DNA from: Candidatus Latescibacterota bacterium | Lineage (GTDB): Bacteria; Latescibacterota; UBA2968; UBA8231 | Length of the DNA: 64,000 bases | Assembly: GCA_965243025.1 (NCBI GenBank) | Contig: CBDETY010000003.1 | Location: 2,976,001-3,040,000 of the forward strand | Direction: 5' to 3' | The notes under the pieces: generated by a model | Databases searched by the model: none | What the model was told of the DNA's origin: nothing | The model's input: the letters and a program-made list of their open reading frames with translations, nothing else | Shown: positions 10,723 through 21,080 of the stretch, one piece after another | How the letters are laid out: each line of letters starts with the position of its first letter | How positions within the stretch are numbered: the first letter of the stretch is position 1 | Translations under genes and position numbers: made by a program

Positions 10723-11232
10723 TTGCGCAGACCAGCCGACATAAGCGCCGAGGCCGTAGACCGATACGGCCGCCTGGTGCTCAAAGCCGCCTACCGGATC
10801 GTCCCCGATTCCGACGAAGCGCAGGAGGTGTTCCAGGAAACCTTCCTGCGCTTCCACGCTGCCTGCGCCCGCGGCGAGACCATCTCCCACCCGAAGGCAT
10901 GGCTTTGCCGGGTGGCGGCCAATGCCGCCTTCAAAGTCCGGAGGCATCGGCGTCGGGCGCTGCTTTGCGAAGGGGAAGATTCGGTGGCGGACGCCCGTCC
11001 CGACAAGGAGGCCGAGCGCCGCCTGCTCATGGACCGGGTGCGCGACCTGGCCGCCGAACTGCCGGAGCGCCAGCGCATGGTCTTCGCCCTGCGCAACTTC
11101 GAGGGCTTGCCCTTCGCCGAGATCGCCGCACGGCTGGGTTGCAGCGAGGAGTCGGCCAGGGCCAGCGAGTACAAGGCACTTAAAAAGATCCGCGCCTGTA
11201 TGGGTGCCGGCAGCAAGGACCAAGCGCCATGA
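10723..11232 (+). CDS. ECF sigma-70 factor
   Basis: DEAQEVFQETFL and WLCRVAAN (region 2); LPERQRMVFALR...FAEIAARLG (region 4); TTG start uncertain. Confidence 0.9.
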   Translation: MRRPADISAEAVDRYGRLVLKAAYRIVPDSDEAQEVFQETFLRFHAACARGETISHPKAWLCRVAANAAFKVRRHRRRALLCEGEDSVADARPDKEAERRLLMDRVRDLAAELPERQRMVFALRNFEGLPFAEIAARLGCSEESARASEYKALKKIRACMGAGSKDQAP

Positions 11233-12986
11233 ACAGGGATGAATTCGAAGGCAGACTCAGCGACTACGTGCGGGGGGAGCTGTCGCCTGCCGAAGCCGGG
11301 CAGATGGAAACCTATCTGACCGAACACCCGGAAGCGGCCGACGACCTGGAAGCGGTGCGTACCGCGATAGAACTCGGTGCCGATATCCGCGCCGCCGAAC
11401 CACCGGACGCGCTGTTCGCGGCCGCCCGCGCCAACGCGTTGAAGGCGATCCGCGCCGAGAATGAGCGGCAAACACAGCGGACGGCATTCTGGCGGCGGCT
11501 GCCGCGGCCGGTGTACCTGTCGGGTCTGGCTGCCGTGCTGGCCGCGGTTGTGGTGGGAGTGCTCTGGCAGGATGCGTCGACCCCGGCGTGGGCGGATGTA
11601 GCCGCCGAGGCAGGCAAGCTTCAATCAGTGCACATAGTGGGCTGGGTCCGTGGAGAAGGGGGGGAACAGGTGCCGGTGAAACAGTGGATCAAGGCTCCCC
11701 ATTTCTTCCGCGTCATCGTCGGTACCGGTCCGGCGCGGCGCGAAATCCTGGCGACCGGCGAGAAAATGCTGGTTTACCTGGACGGGTTCTGGTATGAAAA
11801 AGACGTCGCCGCCGAAAACGCCTGGTCCACGGACAAGATTGCCGGGTTGATGTCTCTGCCCGACCCCGAGGAACGTGAACGTTGGAGCTACCAGGAGGAA
11901 CGCGAAGATCGCCGGGAGACGGTGCTTTTTTCGATCTGGCGCGCTTCCCAGCTGGGGACCAAAACCCCTGCGGATATCCGGTTTGAAGTCGAAGCAGATT
12001 CCCGGACCCGGTTGCCTCGACATGCCCGGGTCTTCCTGGAGGTGGGGCAGGAGGAGTGGGAGCTGGTAAGCGAGTTGAACTATCTCGACTACGATGAGCC
12101 CCTGGCGGACGAGCTTTTCGCTGTCGCCGATGACGCGGTCCTGCCCGTTCCCCCTTCGCGTTCCAAAGCAGACCCGTTCGGTGGTATGAGGATGGTACCG
12201 TTCGTGCCCTGGAACCGGGCGTTTTTCATGCCGCTGGACGGCATGGATATCATCGTCCATCCCCCCTCGGATGACCCCAGCAAAGGAAAAGAGGGCCATG
12301 CCTCCTCTACCGCAGGCGGGGTCACGCGCCTGGAATTTCACCGCACCCCGCTGGCCGAGATCGTGCGGAAGATCGGGGAAATGCCGGTGGAGCCTCTGGT
12401 AAAAAGGACAGTTTCGGGTGTCATCCTGGATAGCGAGCAGAGACCCGGGGAATCGCAGGAAGAGACACCGGGGCAGGAATTGGCCGGGCAGCGCTACTCG
12501 GCGCGGATTTCCTACAGCCATCGCCTGACCCCCATGGAACGCGTCCAGCGCCTGGGCCGCCGCTTTGGTTTCGTCGCTGCGCCAGAAGAGCGGCAGGGCA
12601 CCCGGACACGCTGGGTTTTTTCCCAGGACGGCTCCGGGTTTCCGACGAACCCGCAAATGGGGGGGGCTGGTACCACTGGTGACAGCTACCACGCTACGGG
12701 GTATCCGCTCGGCTTTGCGATCCGGGGCATGCTTGAAAACGCCGCGCTCAACGACCTCGTCGAAGGGTACAACCGGGACCTCGACGAAATCGAGATGCAA
12801 TGGGACGGCCCTGGTGCAGACAACCCCTTTGAGCGCCAGGTAGACATCGATGTCGATTTCTCCGGCGGCTGGGACGTGGCCCTCGACTATCTGCGCGAGC
12901 AGTTCGGGGTGAAGATGGAGCGCGTATCCGAGCCGGTCACCAACGAGGTATTGGTACTGCGTCCGCACGGCGAACCCGCGAAGTAA
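11229..12986 (+). CDS. Putative transmembrane anti-sigma factor with large periplasmic region
   Basis: 4-bp overlap with the sigma gene; zf-HC2-like N-terminus (LSDYVRGELS...YLTEHP, lacking Cys); one TM helix; AWADV motif. Confidence 0.75.
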   Translation: MNRDEFEGRLSDYVRGELSPAEAGQMETYLTEHPEAADDLEAVRTAIELGADIRAAEPPDALFAAARANALKAIRAENERQTQRTAFWRRLPRPVYLSGLAAVLAAVVVGVLWQDASTPAWADVAAEAGKLQSVHIVGWVRGEGGEQVPVKQWIKAPHFFRVIVGTGPARREILATGEKMLVYLDGFWYEKDVAAENAWSTDKIAGLMSLPDPEERERWSYQEEREDRRETVLFSIWRASQLGTKTPADIRFEVEADSRTRLPRHARVFLEVGQEEWELVSELNYLDYDEPLADELFAVADDAVLPVPPSRSKADPFGGMRMVPFVPWNRAFFMPLDGMDIIVHPPSDDPSKGKEGHASSTAGGVTRLEFHRTPLAEIVRKIGEMPVEPLVKRTVSGVILDSEQRPGESQEETPGQELAGQRYSARISYSHRLTPMERVQRLGRRFGFVAAPEERQGTRTRWVFSQDGSGFPTNPQMGGAGTTGDSYHATGYPLGFAIRGMLENAALNDLVEGYNRDLDEIEMQWDGPGADNPFERQVDIDVDFSGGWDVALDYLREQFGVKMERVSEPVTNEVLVLRPHGEPAK

Positions 12987-13072
12987 GCGCGCATTTCCAG
13001 GTTGCCCTTGCCGTCGCAAACCGGCTTTATTCCGCCTGCCTTGTTTTGGAACCGGTCTTGATGGAGGACGGT

Positions 13073-14536
13073 TTGGAAGATCGAGTCGACATCACCCTGA
13101 CGGACAAACGAACCGGCACCATCGCGCCAGAGCTGTTCGGATGCCTGATCGAGAACTACGGAACCCTCCTCGACGGCATCTGGGTGGGTGACGACCCGTC
13201 GATTCCCAACGCGGAGGGGCTGAGGCTCGACACCATCGCCGCCTTGCGCGAGCTCGGGGTAGGGGTGATCCGATTCCCCGGCGGCACCCCTGCGGACTAC
13301 TACCGATGGCGCGACGGCACAGGCCCGGACAGGAAACGGACCTGGAACTTCTTCTTCGGCGGCGAAGAGACCAACGAGTTCGGCACCCACGAGTTCGTCC
13401 GGCTGTGCAGGAAGGTGGGGGCCGCACCCTCCATAAAGCTCAACCCGATCAGCGGCACCCTGCACGAAGCCCTCGAGTGGATGCAGTACTGCAACCACGA
13501 CGGGGACACCTACCTCACCGCGGAACGGCGCGCCAACGGCGAGGCGGAGCCCCTGGGAGTGCGTTCCTGGGTCATCGGCAACGAGACCGCCGACACCTGG
13601 TCGCCGGAAGGGTACGCCGAGCTGGTGTTCCGGTGGACGTTCTTCATGCGCCAGGTCGACCCGGCCGCCCGCATCGTCGCCGAGGGCTGGAACGCCGACT
13701 GGAACGAGCGCTTCCTCAAGCGGTTTTCGACCCTCTCGAAAGCCGGGGGCGTCATCAGCAACGACATCGCCTGGGCGTCGGAGCAGGGAATGGAGATCGA
13801 ACCGGGGGGCAAGCTGCACATGCTGGGGCTCAAATACCCGAGGGAGCAGGATCTGCGCGATACGATCGCCATGATCGACGAGCACTTCGACGGCGGCCTC
13901 GAGCTGTGTGTCGAGGAATGGGAGGGACAGACGCGGTTCACCTGCGGGTGGCCGCAGGAATGGCTCGATACCATGTCGGTTTTCGAGATCGTCCTGCACC
14001 AGGGCCGCGCCGATCTGAAATACGAAAACGAGGCCCGGCTCGACGGAGGGCTCAAGGTCGCCGAACGCATGCACTGGTGGATGCGGCACGCCGACCGCGT
14101 GAAGATGGCGACCTACCTGTATCCGACGAACACCTGGGCGCCCCTGCTGAAAACCAGCGGCGGGGATCTCCTGCGCACCCCGCAATACCACGCCATGTCG
14201 ATGCTGTCCGCGCACCGGGAGGCGGAGAGTATCGACGTGGAGACCGCGGGCGGCCGGATCGATGCGGCCGCCTCGGCAGGAAACGGCAAGCTGACGGTAT
14301 CCCTGCTCAACCAGGAGGAGCGCCCGGTGCGGACGACGGTGCGCGCCGTAGGGGTCGGACACCCCCGGGCGGCTGCCGCGGCCGTGTTGACGGGGGATCC
14401 CGGCGACGAGAATTCATTCGAGGCCCCGGACCGCGTGGTCCCGCGCGACGCGGAGGTCTCGATGGAGGAGGGTACTCTCACCGTTTCCTGCGAGCCGCAT
14501 TCCCTGACGGTGATCCAGTGTGAATTGATGCCGTGA
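13073..14536 (+). CDS. GH51 alpha-L-arabinofuranosidase-like protein
   Basis: IRFPGG, ETNEFGTHEF, WVIGNE, VEEW, NSFEAPDRVVP; TTG 13073 follows GGAGG (13061 is an alternative start). Confidence 0.88.
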   Translation: MEDRVDITLTDKRTGTIAPELFGCLIENYGTLLDGIWVGDDPSIPNAEGLRLDTIAALRELGVGVIRFPGGTPADYYRWRDGTGPDRKRTWNFFFGGEETNEFGTHEFVRLCRKVGAAPSIKLNPISGTLHEALEWMQYCNHDGDTYLTAERRANGEAEPLGVRSWVIGNETADTWSPEGYAELVFRWTFFMRQVDPAARIVAEGWNADWNERFLKRFSTLSKAGGVISNDIAWASEQGMEIEPGGKLHMLGLKYPREQDLRDTIAMIDEHFDGGLELCVEEWEGQTRFTCGWPQEWLDTMSVFEIVLHQGRADLKYENEARLDGGLKVAERMHWWMRHADRVKMATYLYPTNTWAPLLKTSGGDLLRTPQYHAMSMLSAHREAESIDVETAGGRIDAAASAGNGKLTVSLLNQEERPVRTTVRAVGVGHPRAAAAAVLTGDPGDENSFEAPDRVVPRDAEVSMEEGTLTVSCEPHSLTVIQCELMP

Positions 14537-14598
14537 AGACCGGGTGAGGGAACCTTCCCGGGGGCGCCCAGGCCCAGCCTTTCGCTCGGGTGCCGTTA

Positions 14599-15690
14599 CT
14601 AAGCCAGCTCCCCGCCTGCCTGTGCCCGCGCCGCGGAGAGGAACTCCTGCACGTCGACAGGGCCGCCGGTCCGGCTGCTTTCGATGGCGGCGAAAATCAT
14701 CGCCACCGACTGCAGGTTGGCCTCGACGTGGGTCTCCATCGGCTCTCCCCCGTCGAGCCACTGCACGAACTGTTCCACCAGCCACGCGTCCTTCCACTTG
14801 CGCTGCTGCAACAGGGGAACCGCCTCCCCGGCGCCGTGGCGGGTGTGGACCGAACGGGCACCGCGGTCGTGGTCGAAGCGCTCGATCTCGCGCTGGTCCA
14901 TGATCAGGGTAGTCTGCTCGCACTCGGCGCGCAGGTACTCGCGCGCCCAGCCGTTGAGCCCGACGGCGTTGGTCTTGGCCCCCTCGTAGATGGCGCGGAC
15001 CCCGTTGTCGAGCTGCATCGTCACCAGCCCCTGGGAATCCCCGGCGTACACCCCCCATTCCGGATTCCAGGTCTGGGCGTAGAGGGTGCGGCAGTCGGCC
15101 CCGCCCATGTCGGCGAGGATATCGAGGTGATGGACCGCTCCCTCGATCATCAGCGGGTCCTTCATCTCGTGGCGAAACGCCGCGCCCCAGTCGCCGCGCT
15201 CCCGCATGTCGCAGGTGAAGCGCATGACCAGGTAGTCGACAGCGCCGCAGCCGCCCGACCTGAGCGCCTCGCGCAGGGTGGTCTTGTCCTGGTCGAAGCG
15301 GTGGCTCATGGTGACGCCCATCTTCTTCCCGGCCCGCCGCACCTTTTCGGCGATGCGGCACGACGCCGGGAGCGTGTCGGCGATCGGTTTTTCCGACAGG
15401 ACGTGCATGCCGTGCGCCAAGGCGGCGTCGACGACCTCCTCGTGGAAGGCCGGCGGCACGACGATGGTGCAGAAGTCGGATTCGTTCTCGGCGAAGGCCC
15501 GCCGAAGGTCGGTGTAACACTTTTCTCCGGGCAGACCGAGATGGGTCTGCGCGTTCACCAGGACGTCGGGATTGGTGTCGACGGCGGCGACCACCTCGAT
15601 CAGTCCGTCCTCGATGTTGGGAGGCAGGATGAGCTCGCACCAGGCGCGGCCGCGCCCGCCGGTGCCCACCTGGATCATTCTGTATGCCAT
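14599..15690 (-). CDS. Gfo/Idh/MocA-family oxidoreductase
   Basis: QVGTGGRG, HVLSEKPIA, GAVHHLD. Confidence 0.9.
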   Translation of the reverse strand: MAYRMIQVGTGGRGRAWCELILPPNIEDGLIEVVAAVDTNPDVLVNAQTHLGLPGEKCYTDLRRAFAENESDFCTIVVPPAFHEEVVDAALAHGMHVLSEKPIADTLPASCRIAEKVRRAGKKMGVTMSHRFDQDKTTLREALRSGGCGAVDYLVMRFTCDMRERGDWGAAFRHEMKDPLMIEGAVHHLDILADMGGADCRTLYAQTWNPEWGVYAGDSQGLVTMQLDNGVRAIYEGAKTNAVGLNGWAREYLRAECEQTTLIMDQREIERFDHDRGARSVHTRHGAGEAVPLLQQRKWKDAWLVEQFVQWLDGGEPMETHVEANLQSVAMIFAAIESSRTGGPVDVQEFLSAARAQAGGELA

Positions 15691-15907
15691 GGTTCTCCTT
15701 TACACATCGGGTGCATACAGGGCGCCGAGGATCGCCCCGATTTCAGTTCACGGGCATAGCAGCCCGTTGAAATAGTCCATCCTGGCTGCGGCCGGCCCTG
15801 GCGGTCGAACCGCCGTCGCCGGCGGCTTGCCCGTACCCTCGATAATGGGCTTTGTACAACTCGTTAAACCCACTGCAACCAACAATTAAACTCCGCCGCG
15901 AAGCCCG

Positions 15908-17062
15908 ATGAAAATCACCGACATCCGCACGCTCTCCCTGTCGCGCCCCCACGAGCCGGAGCGCCAATGGTACAGCGCCACCTTCCACGTGCCCAAGGCC
16001 GACTGCTCGATCTGCATCATCGAGACCGACGAGGGCCTGCAGGGGATCGCCGAGCCTTGCGCCTACGGGGTGCCGCCGGAGATTGCCGCCCGCATCGAAG
16101 AGCTCAAGCCCGCCCTGATCGGCCGCGACCCCCGCGACGGGGACCTGACCCCGAACAACGAGGCGTTGCGCGCAAACGACATCGCCAACGCCGGCCTCGA
16201 CTGCGCCCTGTGGGACCTGCGCGGCAAGATCGCCGGCAAACCGACCGCCGACCTGCTCTGCGCGCCGGGGCAAACTCCCCTGCGCCGCCTCCGCCTCTAC
16301 GCTTCCTCGGGTGTGCGCTACGACTGGGACGACCGCCCCGAGTCCGTCGTCGAAGAGGCAATCGGCTGCGCCGAAGAGGGCTTCACCGCCTACAAGATGC
16401 GCCTCGGCACCCACTGGGACTGGTCCGGCGTCACCGTCGACCGTTTCCTGAAGATAGCCCGCCAGGTCGACGAGGCCGTGGGCGCCCGCATGGACCTGGC
16501 CCTCGACGGCAACTGCCGCCTGTCGATGGAGGAGGCCCTGCCGATCGCCGAGGCCCTCGACGAAATGGGCTGGGCGTGGTTCGAGGAGCCGGTCGAACGC
16601 GTGCCCGCGGACTACGCCCGGCTCAACGAGGCGGTCTCCATCCCCATTACCGGCGGCGAGCCGTTCACCACCTGGGCCCAGTTCGAGCCGTTCATGGAGG
16701 CAGGGGGTTTCGGCATCGTCCAGCCCGACGCCGGCGTCTGCGGCATCGACCTGTGCATGGAGGTCGGCCGCAAGGCCTGGTTCGACAACGGCGGCATACC
16801 CCTGATCCCGCACAACTGGCACAACGGCCTGATGACGATGGCCAACGCCCACATGGTCGCCGCCCTGCCCGACCCGCGCCTGGTCGAGCTGAACATGCGG
16901 CAGGGCCCCCTTCAGTGGGAGATCCTGCGCGAAAAGCCCCTGATCGAAGACGGCCACCTGGTGCTGCCGGACCTCCCGGGCTTCGGCGTCGAGCTGGCCG
17001 ACGACCTCGAGGCGCGCTTTCCCTACATCGAAGGCCCCTGGGGCGATCCCGTGCAGCGCTGA
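15908..17062 (+). CDS. Mandelate racemase/muconate lactonizing enzyme family
   Basis: IETDEGLQG, DCALWDLRGK, YKMR, DGN, WFEEP, GGE, QPD, PHNW. Confidence 0.92.
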   Translation: MKITDIRTLSLSRPHEPERQWYSATFHVPKADCSICIIETDEGLQGIAEPCAYGVPPEIAARIEELKPALIGRDPRDGDLTPNNEALRANDIANAGLDCALWDLRGKIAGKPTADLLCAPGQTPLRRLRLYASSGVRYDWDDRPESVVEEAIGCAEEGFTAYKMRLGTHWDWSGVTVDRFLKIARQVDEAVGARMDLALDGNCRLSMEEALPIAEALDEMGWAWFEEPVERVPADYARLNEAVSIPITGGEPFTTWAQFEPFMEAGGFGIVQPDAGVCGIDLCMEVGRKAWFDNGGIPLIPHNWHNGLMTMANAHMVAALPDPRLVELNMRQGPLQWEILREKPLIEDGHLVLPDLPGFGVELADDLEARFPYIEGPWGDPVQR

Positions 17063-17068
17063 GGACTT

Positions 17069-17914
17069 ATGGTCACCGACCTCGAAAACTACCTCTTCGA
17101 CCTGCGCGGCTACCTTCACATCGAGGGGGCGCTGACCGCCGGCGAGATCGAGGATCTCAACGACTGCCTCGACGCCATTCCGCCCCTGGAGCCCGGCGAC
17201 TGGTACGGCCACGTCCACGCCCATACCTACCGCACGGACGACGGCCTCAACCTGCAGCAGATCTACGAGGCGGGCGAACCGTTCGAGCGGATGATCGACC
17301 ATCCGGCCTGGATCGGGAAAGTCAAGCACTTCGTCGGCGGCGAGGGCACCTTCGACTACGCGCACGGGCCGCTGTTCATCGACGAAAACTTTGCCAACTT
17401 CCGCCAGCCCGGTGAGGCCATCGGCCTGCACTCCGGCGGCCACCCGCCCAACATGCGCAACCAGTTCCGCTACCGCGGCGGACGCTTCATGTGCGGCCAG
17501 GTCAACATCCTCGTGGCGCTCACCGACATCGGCCCGGGGGACGGCGGCACCATGCTGATCCCCGGCAGCCACAAATCCAACTTCGCGCATCCCGACATGG
17601 AACGGCACCGCATGCGTCCCGGAGGGGCAACGGTCGAGGGCATCGCCGGCGCGGTCGAGTGCCACATGGCCAAGGGGGACGCCCTGCTGTTCGTCGACGG
17701 CCTCTCGCACGGCTCGGCCCGGCGCCGGAACGAGGGCACCCGCCGGATCTTCGTCTACCGGTACGGGCCCTCCTGGGGAAACTTCCGCCACGGCTACCAC
17801 CCCTCGGAGGAACTGCTGGCGCGCCTGACCCCGGAACGGCGGCAGATCGTCTGGCCGCAGAAGCCGCGTCCTGAGGGACCGCAGAAAAAGGCCGGCGAGC
17901 GGGTTCCGGAATAG
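17069..17914 (+). CDS. PhyH-family dioxygenase
   Basis: YLFDLRGYL, LHSGG, DIGPGDGGTMLIPGSHK, GDALLF...HGS. Confidence 0.88.
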   Translation: MVTDLENYLFDLRGYLHIEGALTAGEIEDLNDCLDAIPPLEPGDWYGHVHAHTYRTDDGLNLQQIYEAGEPFERMIDHPAWIGKVKHFVGGEGTFDYAHGPLFIDENFANFRQPGEAIGLHSGGHPPNMRNQFRYRGGRFMCGQVNILVALTDIGPGDGGTMLIPGSHKSNFAHPDMERHRMRPGGATVEGIAGAVECHMAKGDALLFVDGLSHGSARRRNEGTRRIFVYRYGPSWGNFRHGYHPSEELLARLTPERRQIVWPQKPRPEGPQKKAGERVPE

Positions 17915-18013
17915 CATCAGTTGCCGCCCCCCTGACCGGAGGGTGATCGACGGAGTGACGTACGTTCACACCTGGGACTGCCTGACGGAGGAGGCCTGCG
18001 GCCTGTAACGCCG

Positions 18014-18823
18014 ATGGACCTCGCAGCACTCACCGGACCGAAGGCGTTCGGCAGGGCATACCGGATCATGCTGGAAAACGACACGCATGCCCCGGGAAGC
18101 GTCGACCGCGAGCTTGTGGGGAGCATGACAAGGCTCTGCGATGAAACCGCGTCCTGCCTGTACGGCAGGTGCACGAACCGTTCTCTCGCCTATGCACCGG
18201 GATCCCGCCCGGAGTTGGAGCGCTTTCTTGCAGAGGCTGAATCGTCGGAAGGGTGCCCGGTGGATCGGGTCGCGGCCATCGCCGGACTTACGTGTGGCCT
18301 GGCGGAGAAGAGGCCGGGCGGCCGACTGCCGGAGATGAGATTCGGAGGAACGGAGGAGCAGATCATCGAGCGGGGCTCCGACTGGTGCGCGGACGTTGCC
18401 CGGGTGGGTTGTGCTCTCTACCAGGTTTCAGGCTTTCCGTGTCGCATGGTGTACCTGTTCAATCTCGACGCCGCCTACAGTGGGCATGTCATCGTCGAGG
18501 TCCATCGTTCCGGAAAATGGGGTGCCGTCGACACGAGCTCGGGGGTTGTCTATCAAGAAGAGGATGGGGTTCCCGCGAGCACCTGGGAGCTCATGAACGA
18601 TGCCCATCTGGTGAAGCGGCACGCAGGTCCGGAAGCGTGGTATACGGATCCAGAGCAGTTCAACGCCGCGGGTATTGCCACCTACAACCTGGGCGATTCC
18701 GGGCTCTACGATTACGAGGTGACCGGATTGAACGACTACACGCGCGCCGTACTGTCCATGGCCGACCGGGGGTGGCCTGGGGGCCTTCGCTGGCTGCACG
18801 GCGAAGCGGACGAGGCAGGATAG
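18014..18823 (+). CDS. Transglutaminase-like domain protein
   Basis: Cys-His-Asp triad pattern: WCADVAR, GHVIVEV, WGAVD. Confidence 0.75.
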   Translation: MDLAALTGPKAFGRAYRIMLENDTHAPGSVDRELVGSMTRLCDETASCLYGRCTNRSLAYAPGSRPELERFLAEAESSEGCPVDRVAAIAGLTCGLAEKRPGGRLPEMRFGGTEEQIIERGSDWCADVARVGCALYQVSGFPCRMVYLFNLDAAYSGHVIVEVHRSGKWGAVDTSSGVVYQEEDGVPASTWELMNDAHLVKRHAGPEAWYTDPEQFNAAGIATYNLGDSGLYDYEVTGLNDYTRAVLSMADRGWPGGLRWLHGEADEAG

Positions 18824-18830
18824 CACCATT

Positions 18831-19367
18831 GTGACCTTCGTTTGGTCCGACGGTCGAATCGCCGTGAGGGCGGTGGAGGCGTCGCAGACGCCGGCGCTGC
18901 ACGCGGCGTTTCTGGAATGTTCGGACGCGGCCGCAGTCGATCCCACCTTTGCCGAGGTGCCCGAAAGCGAGATCGCCGAGCTGGTGCAGCGGTCGGCAGC
19001 GGAGGATTCGCAGGAACGGGGCTTCCGAATGCGGGGCATCCACGTCGGAACGGCCGGCGAGCTGGCCGGCTATTTCCATCTCATGGAGGACGTGCCTGCG
19101 GCCGGGGACGTGTGGCTCTCGATCCTGGCGATCCGGCCGCAGTTCCGGAGGAGCGGCATCGGCACCGCGGTCGTCGCCGGCCTCAAGCGGGAGCTGGCCG
19201 CCCTGGGATTCCGCTTCGCCCTGGGGCGCGTCTATCTGGCCAACATTCCGGCCCTGAAGTTCTGGATGCGGCAGGGGTTCACCGAGGTCGTCCCCCACCG
19301 CGGCGACTACGTCGGCTGCGAGTTGGGGAAGGCCTGTCTCGTCCTGCGGGCGTCGCTCGGAGGGTAG
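18831..19367 (+). CDS. GNAT-family N-acetyltransferase
   Basis: IRPQFRRSGIG acetyl-CoA motif, NIPALKFWMRQGF. Confidence 0.85.
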   Translation: MTFVWSDGRIAVRAVEASQTPALHAAFLECSDAAAVDPTFAEVPESEIAELVQRSAAEDSQERGFRMRGIHVGTAGELAGYFHLMEDVPAAGDVWLSILAIRPQFRRSGIGTAVVAGLKRELAALGFRFALGRVYLANIPALKFWMRQGFTEVVPHRGDYVGCELGKACLVLRASLGG

Positions 19368-19380
19368 CCGATTCCGGGGA

Positions 19381-19800
19381 TCATGCGGGCCATGGGTTGA
19401 TTACTTCGATCCCACAGCGCTCAAAATGCCCGACGTTCCTGGTAGCAATAGCCGCCCCGCGACAACGAGCGATGGCCGCCATCTGACAGTCCGGGTGGCT
19501 TATCGGCAGACCAGCCGCCCGCCGGCCAGCCCCGATCCCGGCATAGCTGCGCGCGGCCTTGGTGTCAAAGGGAAGAATGCGTCGTGCGAAATCTGTATTG
19601 AGCATTTTCTCGACTGCGGCAGCGATCCGATTGCGGCGCCGGCCCTCTGGCAGGATAGCGACCCCGTAGCGCAGCTCCGCTTCCGTGATCACCGAAAGAA
19701 AGACATTTGCAGCGGATTGCTCGGCAAGCCAGGCCTCCACGCCAGGTTCGGGTTGGGGGGACATCAACTCCGAGACAACGTTGGTGTCGAGCAGGATCAT
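19381..19800 (-). CDS. vapC: PIN-domain toxin (VapC/FitB family)
   Basis: MILLDTNVVSE, SVITEAEL, DCQMAAIA, ATRNVGHF. Confidence 0.93.
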   Translation of the reverse strand: MILLDTNVVSELMSPQPEPGVEAWLAEQSAANVFLSVITEAELRYGVAILPEGRRRNRIAAAVEKMLNTDFARRILPFDTKAARSYAGIGAGRRAAGLPISHPDCQMAAIARCRGAAIATRNVGHFERCGIEVINPWPA

Positions 19801-19810
19801 CTCCCGAACC

Positions 19811-20053
19811 TCAACCGAATCGAGGCGGATCGCGCATCGGTTCTCGCGGCGGTAGATCCAGTTTCACACCGCCCAAGGGCGCGAATCGTGAACGTATGGC
19901 GGCTGCCAGATTGGCGGGGGCCGCGGTCCGGGTGAGTGCGGCGCGCAAGATCGCCCGCACTTCCTCCTCCATCGAGTGGCCGTGCTCGGCCGCCTGGACG
20001 CGCAGACGCTGCTTTACGTCATCATCGAGGTTGCGAATTGTCATGCTGGCCAA
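19811..20053 (-). CDS. FitA-like ribbon-helix-helix antitoxin
   Basis: MTIRNLDDDVKQRLRVQAAEHGHSMEEEVRAIL, directly upstream of the PIN gene. Confidence 0.9.
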   Translation of the reverse strand: MASMTIRNLDDDVKQRLRVQAAEHGHSMEEEVRAILRAALTRTAAPANLAAAIRSRFAPLGGVKLDLPPREPMRDPPRFG

Positions 20054-20083
20054 TTTCCTTCACCTCCAATTCAAAGAAAATCC

Positions 20084-20115
20084 GCAATGATGTCATTGCA
20101 GGCAATGATATCACT
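20084..20115. promoter_or_regulatory. Probable autoregulatory operator of the TA operon
   Basis: Near-palindrome GCAATGATGTCATTGC (20084-20099) and related GCAATGATATCACT (20102-20115), just upstream of the antitoxin start. Confidence 0.6.
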
Positions 20116-20141
20116 CAATTCCCTTGGCATTGCCCGGTTGC

Positions 20142-20987
20142 TCAAACCACTCCCCACCTGACCCGTCCCAACTCGCGCGAGCGCTCCTGGTCGTATGCCG
20201 GATCGACTTGGAATTCACGGTCCAGCCACAGCACCTCCCGCTGCCCGGGGCTCAGCGCGTCGAGAAGCTCCTGCGTCAGGTAGTCCCCCCAGGTGAAGCG
20301 GTGGTTGTCGATCGTGTGCGGATGGAACAGCCAGTGGCTCATGTACCGGCAGTCGCCGGTGCGGTTGAGCCAGGTCGAGTGAAGCAGGTACGCATGGCGC
20401 ACGATCATCTGGTGAGGTTCCACCTCCAGGGAAATCTCCTCCTCGAGCTCGATGTCCTCCCAGCCGTCCTCGTTCGGCGCAACCGGAGTTCCCCGCTCGT
20501 CCCTGAGCCTGTCGACCTTCTCCTCGAGTGGAGCGCGCGGCCCGGTGTGACTGCCCGGGACGATGCGCAGACACCCGTTCGCGCGCGACGCCCCGGAGAA
20601 GTAATGCATGAACTCCGCCCATCCCGGCCCTCCGTCGCGGTGCCACCACACCGAGCGGTTCGGGGCCTGCTCGTTGATGCCCCCGTTGCGCAGATAGATA
20701 TCCCTGACCCCGTTCAGCTGGCGGCCCAGTTCGATGAATTCCGGGTGCAGGATGACCTTCAGGAACGGCAGGGAGTGATCGAGAGAGCACCAGTACGAGT
20801 CATCTATTTGCGGCCGCAGGTAGAAGTGATTCCTCTTGCTGCCGTCCGCGGGCCCCTCGGATGGATCCTGGGAGGTCTTTTCGACCGCGGCCATGCAATC
20901 CATGGTCAGGCTCTCCGGGAAGGGACAGTCGAAGATGACGTAGCCCAGAGTCCGGTACTGCTCCAGTTGTTCCTCATTGAATTTCAT
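20142..20987 (-). CDS. PhyH-family dioxygenase
   Basis: WHRDG, NGCLRIVPGSH, LLHS. Confidence 0.85.
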   Translation of the reverse strand: MKFNEEQLEQYRTLGYVIFDCPFPESLTMDCMAAVEKTSQDPSEGPADGSKRNHFYLRPQIDDSYWCSLDHSLPFLKVILHPEFIELGRQLNGVRDIYLRNGGINEQAPNRSVWWHRDGGPGWAEFMHYFSGASRANGCLRIVPGSHTGPRAPLEEKVDRLRDERGTPVAPNEDGWEDIELEEEISLEVEPHQMIVRHAYLLHSTWLNRTGDCRYMSHWLFHPHTIDNHRFTWGDYLTQELLDALSPGQREVLWLDREFQVDPAYDQERSRELGRVRWGVV

Positions 20988-21080
20988 GCTGGTTTCCTTA
21001 CATGGCCTCGGCCCCGGTCCGCCTCGAATGGCACGGGTTCAGGCCGCCGAAAGGCAAGTCCGGGCAGGTAGTTGTGAGTT

